Shown here: in pieces, positions 24,919 to 39,100 of the stretch | Layout: the number at the start of each line of letters is the position of its first letter | Numbering within the stretch: position 1 is the first letter of the stretch | Source: Podarcis gaigeae | Lineage: Eukaryota | Length of the DNA: 64,000 nt | Strand: one strand, 5' to 3' | Assembly (NCBI GenBank): GCA_964106915.2 | Contig: OZ066929.1 | The notes under the pieces: generated by a model | Database searches by the model: none | Seen by the model: only the letters and a program-made list of their open reading frames with translations | What the model was told of the DNA's origin: nothing | Made by a program: the position numbers and the translations under genes

Positions 24919-27900
24919 ACGCTGACCTGACCTGGCTGTCGTAGGGGTTGGGCTCCGCCAGTCTCAGGCGTGGGGTGGGTGGGGTGGCCCTCCCATGGCA
25001 AGTGGGTCAAGCCAGGCAGCAGGTGGCCGAGGCCTGGTATTGTTTGCTGCCTCCTTGGCTTTGTGAAAGGTCCTGCCCAGATGATGGACTTCGTTGTCCC
25101 GTCTTGCAAGGAAAACTGCTGGAGTGTTGGGCTGCTGCAGCAGCCAAGGACTGCCTTGAGAGGTGGGGCTTCCCTTCCCGCACACTTTGGTGGGCCCTTG
25201 CCTCCTCAGACTTGGAGACATGGCCTGCAGGTCTCTGTGAGCTGCCCTTGTGTCTTGCCTCTGTCTGGCTGTTCCCTGAAATTCCCATGACTTGTCGAGG
25301 AATAGCTCATCAGTATTTGAGCAGGCAAGCAATGCGGACTGAGGGCTTCCATGCGCTTTGGATGAGGTTAGGTTAGAAGTGCAGCCAAGGAGGACTCCCT
25401 GCCCTAGGAAGCAGGCTGTCCTGCCAGGCATTCAGTCCCTAGAGCCCTCTCCCTGCCCTGCACCTGCCCTCCAGTTGGGACTCCAGAGGAAACTGAGCCC
25501 CACAGGCAGTGGGCCTGGCGCCTCTCTGAGCACCAGCCTACAGCAGCTGGTAACATTTCCTTCCCTACCAGCTGCTCTCTGACATAGGAAAAGGCAGGGA
25601 GTGCCAACACTCCCAGTGAGCTAGAGGCTGTGGGTTCCCTGGTCCAAGATTGGGGGACCCAAAGGTGATGGATCTCCCTAGTGGGATCATGTGCCCGTTT
25701 AAAAGCAAACACAAGCAGCACAACTTCCTTTCAGCCTCCTTCAGTTGCACCCTCTTGAATTATTATGTCATTGGATTTTACTTGGTTCTTCTGTTTACAG
25801 TTTAGTATTTAAGGTTTTGTAAATGTAAATATATTTTGTATATTTTTCTATGAGAAGCACTTCATAGCGAAGAGCACTTATGAAACTATTTTTTCAATTG
25901 TGGTTGTCATCCTAATTTAAAAGAATCAGTTTTTAATGACCTTATTATTTTAATAGGATGGGCTTTAGGAGGTTGCTGGCCAGGCCTGCAGTCTGAACCT
26001 TCCTCTAGAGAGCAGTGGGGGCAGCGGGGAGAAACTTTCCAGTTTTCTGGACGCTTCGGCTGGACCTCGAATTACACATTGTGGGAGAGAAGATACACAC
26101 ACATCTGCAAGAGGTGTTTTCAACCCAGCATTGATGCTGGGTTTTAACATGGGGGTGGGAGTACAGCACAGAGGGGACCCCCTGACCTTCCTCTCTCTTG
26201 GGAAGAGGCCAAAATCCCACCACGCCACACCTCAGTAACCCAACATTTCTGGTCTGCTCCATCTCATGCCACCAGATTAAACTTCCTTGGCTCTGAAACT
26301 GCAAGCAAACCTTCCTATGGTTGCCTAGTAAAGCCGCAGCAGCAGCCAGGCTTCTTTTGGGCCAACAAACACATTCCCTATGAAGATCTTGCCTCTCCTG
26401 CAGCCCAGCTTCCAGTTGCCTGGGGAGGACAGGCCAGCACTTACTAAGCCTTCCGCTCTAGCTGGAGTGGTACAGGGCGTGTGTCCATTTCTCCTATGGG
26501 GGGGGGGGCGCAAAACCCAAGTTTGGGTTGCCTGTGGTGAATGTGGCAGAGTTTTTGGGGAATCGAGTAGCCCTCCAGCTTTCCTGTTCCAGGCTGCCAC
26601 ATCCTGTGGGCCAAAGAGGAACATAATTTGCGTGTCCCCTGCTGCTACCAAAGCCCTGAGCCAGTAGCTGCCTGGTCAAAAGAGAGTTCTGTCCCTTGCT
26701 TCTTCCTCTCTTCCACAAGGAAGTTCCAAGCAAGGAACAGGAGGAGGAGGAGCACAAGCACGTGGCTCAGGGCAGAGCTGGACTGTGGTCCAAGCTCACT
26801 GACATTTGCTGCTGCTGTTGCTGCTGCTAAACCCTGTTCTGACTGAGCTCAGCAGCAGGCAGCCACTATGGCCAGTAACCCAAGGAAGAAGGCATGCATG
26901 CCACTGTGCCTGGGCTCCATGGGGAGGCCAGCAGGAACGGAGAGAAGGAAGGGTTGGGGTCTTGGCCAGTTGTGTTGGCTCTGATCCATGGAGCAAAGTG
27001 AGGAGCTCCACGCGGCTTCCTGGCAATATGAATGTATAATTTCTAAGGACTGACAGAGATCATGATACCTGAGAATACTAAGAGTCAAACCTTTAAGGTG
27101 TTTATTTTTTTAAAGGAAAAGCGGGTCACTGCAAAGGGCTGGGGTATAATAATCTTCTCTTCATTGTCCTCCCTTGCGAAGCAATACCGGGTTCTTGTTC
27201 TTTGTGCAGAATCATGTCGTTCTCACCCAGATTGCTGCTCCGTCCTCCTCCCCTCCACCATCTCCTTCTCCCACACACCTGCAAGTTTTTATAACTATAA
27301 ATATGGTATATATAGGAACAAATATCGTACTGCACCATGTCTTGAAGCCTGGCTTTGAATTCTCTTTAACACTATAGATAAGAGTTGTGTTCCAGTTGCT
27401 CAAAAGGCAGGAAAACCAGCAAGCCAGAGGCTTCGGGGCCAGTTGACGTCTCCCTCCTCCAAGGAGGACTGGGTAAGGGACCGGGGGGGTGGAGGGGTGG
27501 GTGCTCTGGCTCAGTCTGCCTGCATGCAAACCCCCAGGAAGCTGTTGGGGGCTTGGCTATGAATTCTCCTGACCTTCGGTGTTAACAGTCAGTTCTTGTA
27601 CAACTTGTTTCTTGCCGCCTTCGATGCCTCCTCCTGGGTTCTGATTGTTGAGGTACCAAAACGGCATCATCTGCTTTCCTGGTACCTTAACAAGGTCCTG
27701 CAGCTTTGCCTCTCAGCCGAGAACTGTGCTCGTGATGTTCCTTTGATTCAACGTAGCCGTCTTTTAATAGCTCAAGGTAGTGAATAATTGTCTCAAACCG
27801 TGCAAAAGCTACGCAAACAGGGTTTTGTTCCAGAGAAAAAGCAACTTATCATGTAAAACCAATCTCTCTCTCTTTGTTTTATTTCTTGTGTTCTTCCAGA

Positions 27901-28175
27901 TTGTTTGGGTTTTTGTTTGTTTGTTTGTTTTCTTTAAAAAGAGGAAACGCGTCTCTCGTGCTGCATCAGTGTTAATTCCCTGTCATCGTCACAGGGATGA
28001 AGGAAGTACTTTCAGTAGTTCAAGAAATGACTGAAAAGTTCCATGAAAGACTGAATGTAAAAACAAGTGTATATAGTTGTACAAAAAAAGGAGTTTTTAA
28101 ACATGTTTATTTTCTATGCACTTTTTTATTTAAGTGATAGTTTAATTAATAAACATGTCAAGTTTATTGCTTCAG
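24919..28175 (+). other. KMT2A: KMT2A 3' UTR (~3.2 kb)
   Basis: Runs from the stop codon to AATAAA at 28148-28153, followed by a GT/T-rich downstream element. AU-rich blocks at ~25760-25960 and ~28050-28170. Confidence 0.75.
28148..28153 (+). terminator. KMT2A polyadenylation signal (AATAAA)
   Basis: Canonical hexamer at the end of an AU-rich block, with GT-rich sequence downstream. Confidence 0.75.
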
Positions 28176-28969
28176 AGGATGGTGTTTTCATTTATTGATC
28201 AAGGCTGTGGAGGTTTTCAGCAGGGGAGGGGGGCTAGTTTGTATATAGCTCTCAAGAAACAATAAAAAAGGAAGCCACCTCTTCTAGGCTGCACCATACA
28301 AACACAAGGTAAGACCATTTACTTCACCTCTTGGGATTCTTTCCTTGTTGCAATACAGTCATACCTCAGAAGTTGAATGCCTTTCAAGATGAACATTTTG
28401 GCTCCTGAACACCGCAAGCCTGGAAATGATTGTTCCTGTTTGTGAACATTATTTGGAACCCGAAGGTCCATCGTGGCTTCTGATTGGCTGCATGAGCTTC
28501 CTGCAGCCATTCAGAAGCTGTGCCTTGGTTCCCAAACGTTTTGGAAGTCGGATGACTGTATATCTGATATTCTGTAAGGTGAACGTGCTGCAACAGTCTT
28601 ACATGCTTCCTTGTCCAAAAGCAAAAGGGAAACCTTGTAGGGAAAGAGATACCTCATTGCTGAATCCAAATAAAGGCCCATCTAGTCCAGCCTTCTCTTC
28701 TCACAGAGGCTGAACACACACTCTTCTCACATAGGCTGAACACACAAAGGGAAGCCCACAGTGAAGACCCAGGTGCAAAGGGTATCCCTGCCATTGGTAC
28801 ACCGAAACTGATGTTTCTGCTGCTTCCAATACTGGAAGTAGTACACAGCCATCATTGACTAGGAGTTTAAAAGCTTCTCTGCCACCCTTTTCATTTTAGG
28901 TGCCAGCAAACTGGTTCAGGTGGAGCCCATCCCTTTTGCATTGGTCCAGCTTATCCCCAAAAGTCCCAT

Positions 28970-29309
28970 AAAGGTAAAGGTACCCCTGACTGTTGGGTCC
29001 AGTCGCGGACGACGGGGGTTGCTCACTCATCTTGCTCTTTAGGCTGAGGGAGCCCGTTCGTCTGCAGACAGCTTCCGGGTCATGTGGCCAGCATGACAGC
29101 TGCTGCTGGCGCACGGAAACGCCATTTACCTTCCCGCCGGAGTGGTACCTATTTATCTACTTGCACTTGACGTGCCTTTGAACTGCTAGGTGGACAGGAG
29201 CTGGGACTGAACAACGGGAGCTCACCCCGTCGCAGGGATTCGAACTGCAGACCTTCCGATCCGCAAGCCCTAGGCTCTGTGGTTTAGACCACAGCGCCAC
29301 CCGCGTCCC
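28970..29309 (-). mobile_element. Sauria SINE between KMT2A and TTC36
   Basis: Clear paralogue of 14828-15196, with the same head, B-box, gtggtacctatttatctacttgcac core and aaaggt tail. No clear TSD. Confidence 0.9.
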
Positions 29310-29709
29310 TTGGCATCTTGCAAATCCATGCCCAGCCTCCTGACGCCACTGTCTCATCCATGCGTTGAGACTGCTCGCTCTTTTACCTGGCCTTGTGCAT
29401 TTCAAGGAATGCATCCCAAGCTCAAAAGTCCCCACAAGAGTAGTGCAGCTGGCATAGTGTTGTTGCACAAGAGAAACAATAATTGTGGCTGGCACAGGTG
29501 TGGTTTATATCCTGGCAAACACTGATCGCCTGCATGGTTCCGCCACATCTGGAGAGTGTTCTCATACCACCATGAGGGTAGCCAGTGAGTGGGGCAGGGG
29601 CATTATTTTCCCAGATTAGCTTGAGCCCATTGTTTCCCACGGGACATGATGTCCCTGTGCACTGCCCCTTTGGCAGGCATAGCATCCAGGCATAGTTGCA
29701 GTCTTGATA

Positions 29710-29951
29710 CAGTGGTACCTCGGGTTAAGTACTTAATTTGTTCCGGAGGTCCGTTCTTAACCTGAAACTGTTCTTAACCTGAAGCACCACTTTAGCTAAT
29801 GGGGCCTCCCGCTGCCACCACGCCGCCGGAGCACGATTTCTGTTCTCATCCTGAAGCAAAGTTCTTAACCCGAGGTACTATTTCTGGGTTAGCGGAGTCT
29901 GTAACCTGAAGCGTATGTAACCTGAAGCGTATGTAACCCGAGGTACCACTC
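29710..29951. mobile_element. Tc1/mariner-pogo (Tigger-like) MITE
   Basis: TIR CAGTGGTACCTCGGGTTA, TA TSD on both sides, internal taacctgaa repeats. Confidence 0.85.
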
Positions 29952-30515
29952 TATATGGCAGCCAGCTGGCTTCTAACATGCCCCTTTTTTGCCAGGCGGA
30001 TCAGTGGCAGGCCTGACCTTCATCCACCAAGTTGCCCATTAGTGGACAGATGAATTTCTGGCAGCAGCGGCAGATTCTCAGCAGCGTGGGCTCCCCTCTG
30101 CTGTGGAGGGTAGTTGCACTGCATCCTAGCCCCTTCCAGTCTAGCAGATTCGTGGTTTGAACTGCACCGTAACACAGCATAGTAAAACGTGGGACTCAAA
30201 ACAGTAGCAAATGTAATCCGGATTAGCTACAGAAATCCCCCAAAGCCTGTTAGGAACATTTGGTCTTTACTGCAGCAGGGAAAGCGGCTGGGTCGACTTT
30301 TCTCCAGCCCTGCTGTTCCACCGGTGATGCTAGGAACTCTGGGACAGAGCATCTGGGCTGGCTGGAGGTATGTGTGCGCCCTCTCCCTTTTTTGTTATTC
30401 CTGCACTGTGTTAGTTCCCGCCCTTCTTGCTCCTCCCCCAGCCCTGGGAGTGTGCTTGGGGGTCAAAAAACTTCCCTGTTTCAGCTCCAGCAACAGCACC
30501 CACTTAGACCTAGCC

Positions 30516-30516
<1 letters not shown>

Positions 30517-30546
<30 letters not shown>
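30517..30546 (+). repeat. (CAG)10 microsatellite upstream of the TTC36 ATG
   Basis: Ten perfect CAG units. Confidence 0.9.
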
Positions 30547-30547
<1 letters not shown>

Positions 30548-30661
30548 GCATTGCCCCATCTCCTCCCCCATTGCTATTGGCTGCTTGGTAAGCCAGCCCC
30601 TCCCTCTCTCACCCCCACTTGCTCTCCCAGGTCACTCAAGATCTCATCCGCAGGAGCCGAC

Positions 30662-32620
30662 ATGGCAACAGCACACGACAGGGCAGTTTTGCACAGCATA
30701 TTCCACCCCGACGCCCCTTTTGGCGACCTCTCTGATGAGCTGGAGGAGCAGGAGACCCTCAATGGAGAAGGTGAGTTTGGCTTCTGCATGAGATGGGGCA
30801 GGGGAGAGGGACTTTCCTGTCTCTCCTGGAGGCATCAGAGCAGCTTCAAACTGCCAAGAAGTGGAGTTTCAAGGATGGTGGGGGGCTTCAAAGGGGAAAG
30901 CCCCACCTCCCCATCTCTGTGTAATTGGAGTAGCAGCAAATCCCTCTGTTTTTCATTAAGGAGACCTTTACAAGGCTCTCATATCATAGCCCTGGAAGAG
31001 AGGGCCTCTCCCTCACCATCAGCAGCATAGGAGACAACTCCTAGGGGCCGAGATCCCTTCAACACCCCCCAATAAAATATTTAAGGGGTCTGGGGGCCCC
31101 AAAATTCGATGGGCGTTGCCATTGAAATTATGTGTGTGCACCATGTCTTATGATCGATTATGGTGGGTTGGGGTTTATACCTGCCCCCCAAATATTTTAT
31201 CCAAGTTGGCACCCCTGGTCTGCAGCCGGGGGAGGCTGCTTTCAGAAACTTGCCAGCCTTTTTCTGCAGGCTTCACGTCCATGGTGGTGCAGCATGACCT
31301 CTGATCGTCACCTGACCACAATTCATTGCACTTTGCCCTGGAGAAGGTGGGTGGGCTTTCCCCCACAGGCTTTCTGTCCCCTTGTCCCTGATAAATTTCT
31401 GGGCTCTCTTGAACTGCTGCATTTTAGCATTTGTGATGTAGTCAGCCATGTAATTAGCACTGGATTGGAGGCCAGTGGAAGTTCCAGTGGCTGTAGAATG
31501 GGGGGGGGGTGCATACCTTTATAGTCTAGCTGTCTTCTGTCCCCCCGCCCTTGACCTGGAGCTATTAACAAAACTGTGCTTCTCCTCATAATGAGACAGA
31601 AGCAACCTTTGACCTGGCGCTCCTGGAACAAGCCACTCAGCTAGAGATCCAGGGCATTGAAGCTGCCGAAGCTGGAGACCTGCAGAAGGCCTTGGAGAGA
31701 TTTGACCGGGCCATTCAGCTGCTTCCTGAGCGAGCCGCAGCCTACAACAACCGGGCCCAGGCCTTCCGCCTCAAGGGCAACACAGCAAGTAAGTGAGCAA
31801 GGCAGTGCTGTTCTGTCTCCCCATTTATGCATTGACACAGAGGATGGGGGCCCTCCACCTGGGACAGGCACCATGTCTGCTGTGTAGCCTGAGCCTAGCA
31901 AAAGGAGGGCTGAGCAAACCCCCTGGACAGGGAACACCACGTCCCTTGTCCTCTTCAAGGGCTTTTCAGAGACCTTCCCACCAGCTGTTCTCTGGGCTCA
32001 ATATTGGTGCTGCTGCTTGCTTGGGAACCCACCTACCAGAGCATCTCCCCATGCCACAGCCAGCCCTACAAGGTCCCCGAGAATCAAAGCTCTGAGCTAA
32101 GAACCTGCTACCTAAAGTGGAACCCAAACCACCGAAAACAATCCCCAGTCTTAATAAAACAATTGCTTTCCATTTCAACTCTGTCCATGCTGAAGATGGT
32201 GCCACTGTGTGGGCACAGCTGCTGCCGCTTCCCCTTCTGCAATATCTCTGCTATGATTCACAAGGCAGGTTCCATGGCGTTCCCCTCCATCATTTGCATG
32301 TATTTCTTCTCTCCCCGTCAGGTGCCCTGGAGGACCTGGGTATGGCACTGCAGCTTAGCAGGGGCGTTGGCCGTGTAGCCTGCCAGGCGTTTGTGCAGCG
32401 AGGGCTGATCCAGCGCTTGCAAGGCCAGGAGCAAGAGGCCCATAGGGACTTTGAGCAAGCGGCCAGACTGGGCAGTGCCTTTGCCCGTCGTCAGCTGGTC
32501 CTGATGAATCCGTACGCAGCCCTCTGCAATCAGATGCTCTCCGAAATGATAAAGAAACTGAGGGGCCCAAGCAAAGAGCCTCAGCTGGAGGCTTCCTCTG
32601 GGGAGAAAGTGTGTCGCTAA
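30662..32620 (+). CDS. TTC36: Tetratricopeptide repeat protein 36 (198 aa)
   Basis: Exons 30662-30770 ([22 protein letters not shown]), 31600-31788 ([18 protein letters not shown]) and 32322-32620 ([20 protein letters not shown]). AATAAA at 32732-32737. Syntenic position downstream of KMT2A. Confidence 0.95.
31026..31217. mobile_element. hAT-like MITE in TTC36 intron 1
   Basis: Ends CATAGGAGACAACT / AGTTGGCACCCCTG resemble those of 41653-42174. The flanking 8-mers ATCAGCAG / GTCTGCAG match at 6/8. Confidence 0.6.
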
Positions 32621-32794
32621 GGACAAAACGAGGGCTCAGCCTGCAATTTCTCTCCCAAAGGCAAGCTGGGGGTGCTACTCCCCACCTTTCAAGCTCCGAA
32701 AAACCTGTGTAATAAGTTTTGTTTCTTTCTTAATAAAGATCTCTGTGACAAAACTGTAATTTTATGTTGTATTAATTGTTCAGATTGAGAAACA

Positions 32795-33560
32795 ATACTT
32801 GAGGACTGGAAAGCGGTCAATGTAGCACCAACTTTTTAAAAATGATTCAGAAGGGATCTGGGAAATTACAGGCCTATTTGTTTATCTGCTCCTGGAAAAC
32901 TGGTGGAAACCAATACAAGTCACAACATTACTATGCAGGGAGTAGGAGGAGCTCTAAAGCAGTGTTATTCAACAGATCCAGACCCAAGACCCACCTCTGA
33001 GTCCCAAGCTGCAACATGGGACCCACTTTCACTTTTTATTTATACTTAATATTGCTAATAGTGCACGCTGTTAATTCTAAAATGGCAATTAACAGAGCAA
33101 TATACATAGTGTTGCCTTAGCATTACTACTAAATGAAAACCAGTGCTGCAATGTGGCAGGAGAAAGGAACAGGCATGTGACTGGCCAGAAATATGCATCG
33201 TATTAAAAATTGGCTCCTGCCTTTCTCCTGCCACATCAGAGCATTTGTAGAAATTGATAAAATGGATGTCTCATTCAGAACTTGACCTAGTCTAGACACA
33301 CATGCAATGCTCCTTTTCGGCTGCTCAGCCTAAGCTGGAATCCAGCTTCTCTGTGACCCACTTGGTGTGGCCTCACAACCCACGAGATCTGCGCAAAGGG
33401 ATCTCTCCAAACTGAGTGAATGAGCAGTAAAATGGCAAATGCAATTCTGTATAAGTAAGTATAAAGTGATGCACAATGGATTGAAAAATAATAATCCAAG
33501 TTTCACAGACCTGCTAAGGGGGTCTGAACTAACCAGGAAAGATCTAGGAGTCCTGGTGGC
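32795..33560 (+). mobile_element. Degenerate CR1 fragments, interrupted by other sequence
   Basis: gaggactggaaagcggtcaatgtagcacca...ggatctgggaaattacaggcc and tggcaaatgcaattc...aagtataaagtgatgcac...gatctaggagtc match CR1 RT-region segments. Confidence 0.55.
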
Positions 33561-33765
33561 AGAAGATGACCTGCCCCAAACACACTCATGTGGCCAAGTT
33601 CTGGTTTACACACTAATAAAGCACCCATAAACCCCATCACTTCTCAGAATCACCAGTCTTAAAACTCCAAGTGTTTTAAAGGCGGCCTTCCTGATGCCTG
33701 TGGGAACTCAAAAGGAGACGGAGTGAAGGCAAAAGTTTCCCCTGGCGGGGTAAGCTCAGGAGTCA

Positions 33766-33830
33766 AAGAATTGTAGAGTTGGAAGGGACACCCTAGGGTC
33801 ATCTAGTCCAACCCCCTACAACGCAAGAAT
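33766..33830 (-). mobile_element. CR1 3' terminus fragment
   Basis: agaattgtagagttggaagggacac...gggtcatctagtccaacccc, same family as the start of 54774-55950. Confidence 0.6.
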
Positions 33831-34353
33831 GTTAGGGATAGACTGCTTTGGAATAAGGAGGAGCCAGCCAGACAGTTCTGGCAGAGCACCTGTTCGTCAT
33901 GCAGCGGATCGGGGCCAGTAGGGGGGAGGCAGTCAGCAGAGGCGCATCCCCCTCCCCGTTCTCTGGAAAAGCTCGCGGCCGACAGCCCATTTTGCCCTCG
34001 AGGGTTTGCTACGAAGCAAATCTCTTTTGCCCGCCTGCGAAGCGTGGTCGTCGGCCAAGAAGAAGGTGAGGCTCCCGCCGCCGCCGCCGCCGCCGCCTCC
34101 CGCACACACGGCGGAGCGAAGGATCCAGACCGGGATTGCCAAGGAGCCCACGTGAAGGAGGAGGCGGAGCGGTGGGCGGCTCTTGCCGGCCAATCATTGC
34201 AGCCGCAGCCTCGACGGGACCGGGCTGCGCGGTGCAGGCTCCGCAGTGTGGGAACCCAGAACACAGCGGGCCCCGCGTCCTGCCGGCTGGAGCCCATCAA
34301 GGTCGTCTCCTCGGAGCGCCTGCCTGCTGCCCGGCCGGCGGCCAAGGAGGCGT

Positions 34354-37969
<3,616 letters not shown>

Positions 37970-39100
37970 CGGCTGTTGCTGCACCCACCAGCAGGTGTGA
38001 AGAGCAGCAGCGGAAGTCCTGAGGAGGCGGACTTCCAAGGCAGCTTGAACTGCAGGGATGGGGCCTTGCACCTCTAAAGCAAGATCCCATGTGTGAGGCC
38101 CCAGTGCCTGAAAGGAGGATATTGAGGACTGTGGTCCAAGGAAGACCTGCAGCTGCCAAGGGCTGCCCCCACCCCACCCCAAGCTGCAGTACATCTCTAG
38201 GCCCACCAAGTGACTTGTGTTCCCCTGAAAAACGTCCCTCCCACTATAGCCATCGGTTGGCCCACTCCTCCTTCCTCTTCCCAACCTCAGGGATGGCTCA
38301 ATCTGCATGTGATGGCTCTTCCTTGGCATGAAGGGGGCCAGCCAGGCCACCGGGAAACTGGCAAGCCCCAGCGCTGCTGCTGCTGCCAACCGAGCTGAAG
38401 CATGCTGCTTTGTAGCTTCTGCACTTTACAAATAAATGGATGTGATCAAAGTGCCGTCCCTGTCCTTCCCCTTCAGAAAGCCAATGGAGGGAACCACAGC
38501 CTAAGCCCAGGCAAAAGAGGCAGGGCTCAGAAGGAAATACACATTGTGTCTGCTCACCACTAACAGATTTGGCAATGCTCAATGGGCTGAGCTAGCCAGT
38601 GTCTGAGCTGGTAAATGACACTTTAAGGGAGGAAAAGGCTCCTTGCTCATTTAAGACTTGTTGCATTTGGATTCTGAGCCCTTTATACGGGCATCCCCTG
38701 TACACTACAACAGAGGAATGAATCTGGTCCTGCATGTAAGTAGAGTCTAAGAGCCCCAAATAGCCACAGTACTCTGAAATTGTTCTGAGTCCATCCACAA
38801 CTCAGGCTGCAGCCCCAGCCTACCCTCCACAGCTGTGAAACTCCTTCAAGGACAAAGTAGCACTATGAGCAAAACTTTAATAAGGCAAATTCTCACAGAA
38901 GCTGTACAAAGAAAGGTAGATGAGATGCTGGTGGCTTTCTGAGTGGTCAGGGGCCCTTGAGCCAGATCCTGACTGTGCTCCATTAGGTCCACTGGAAGCC
39001 TGAATAGCAGTTGCCCAAACAAGAAGGCCTCAGGCCCTGCAGCATCACAGGCTGGCACTTCTCTGGAACAGGTCCCACCTGGGGCGGGAAGGTAGACGTC

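Noticed and set aside
29423-29432. CAAAAGTCCC as the TSD of the second Sauria SINE
   Set aside because: It lies ~110 bp beyond the SINE end, so it cannot be supported as a TSD.
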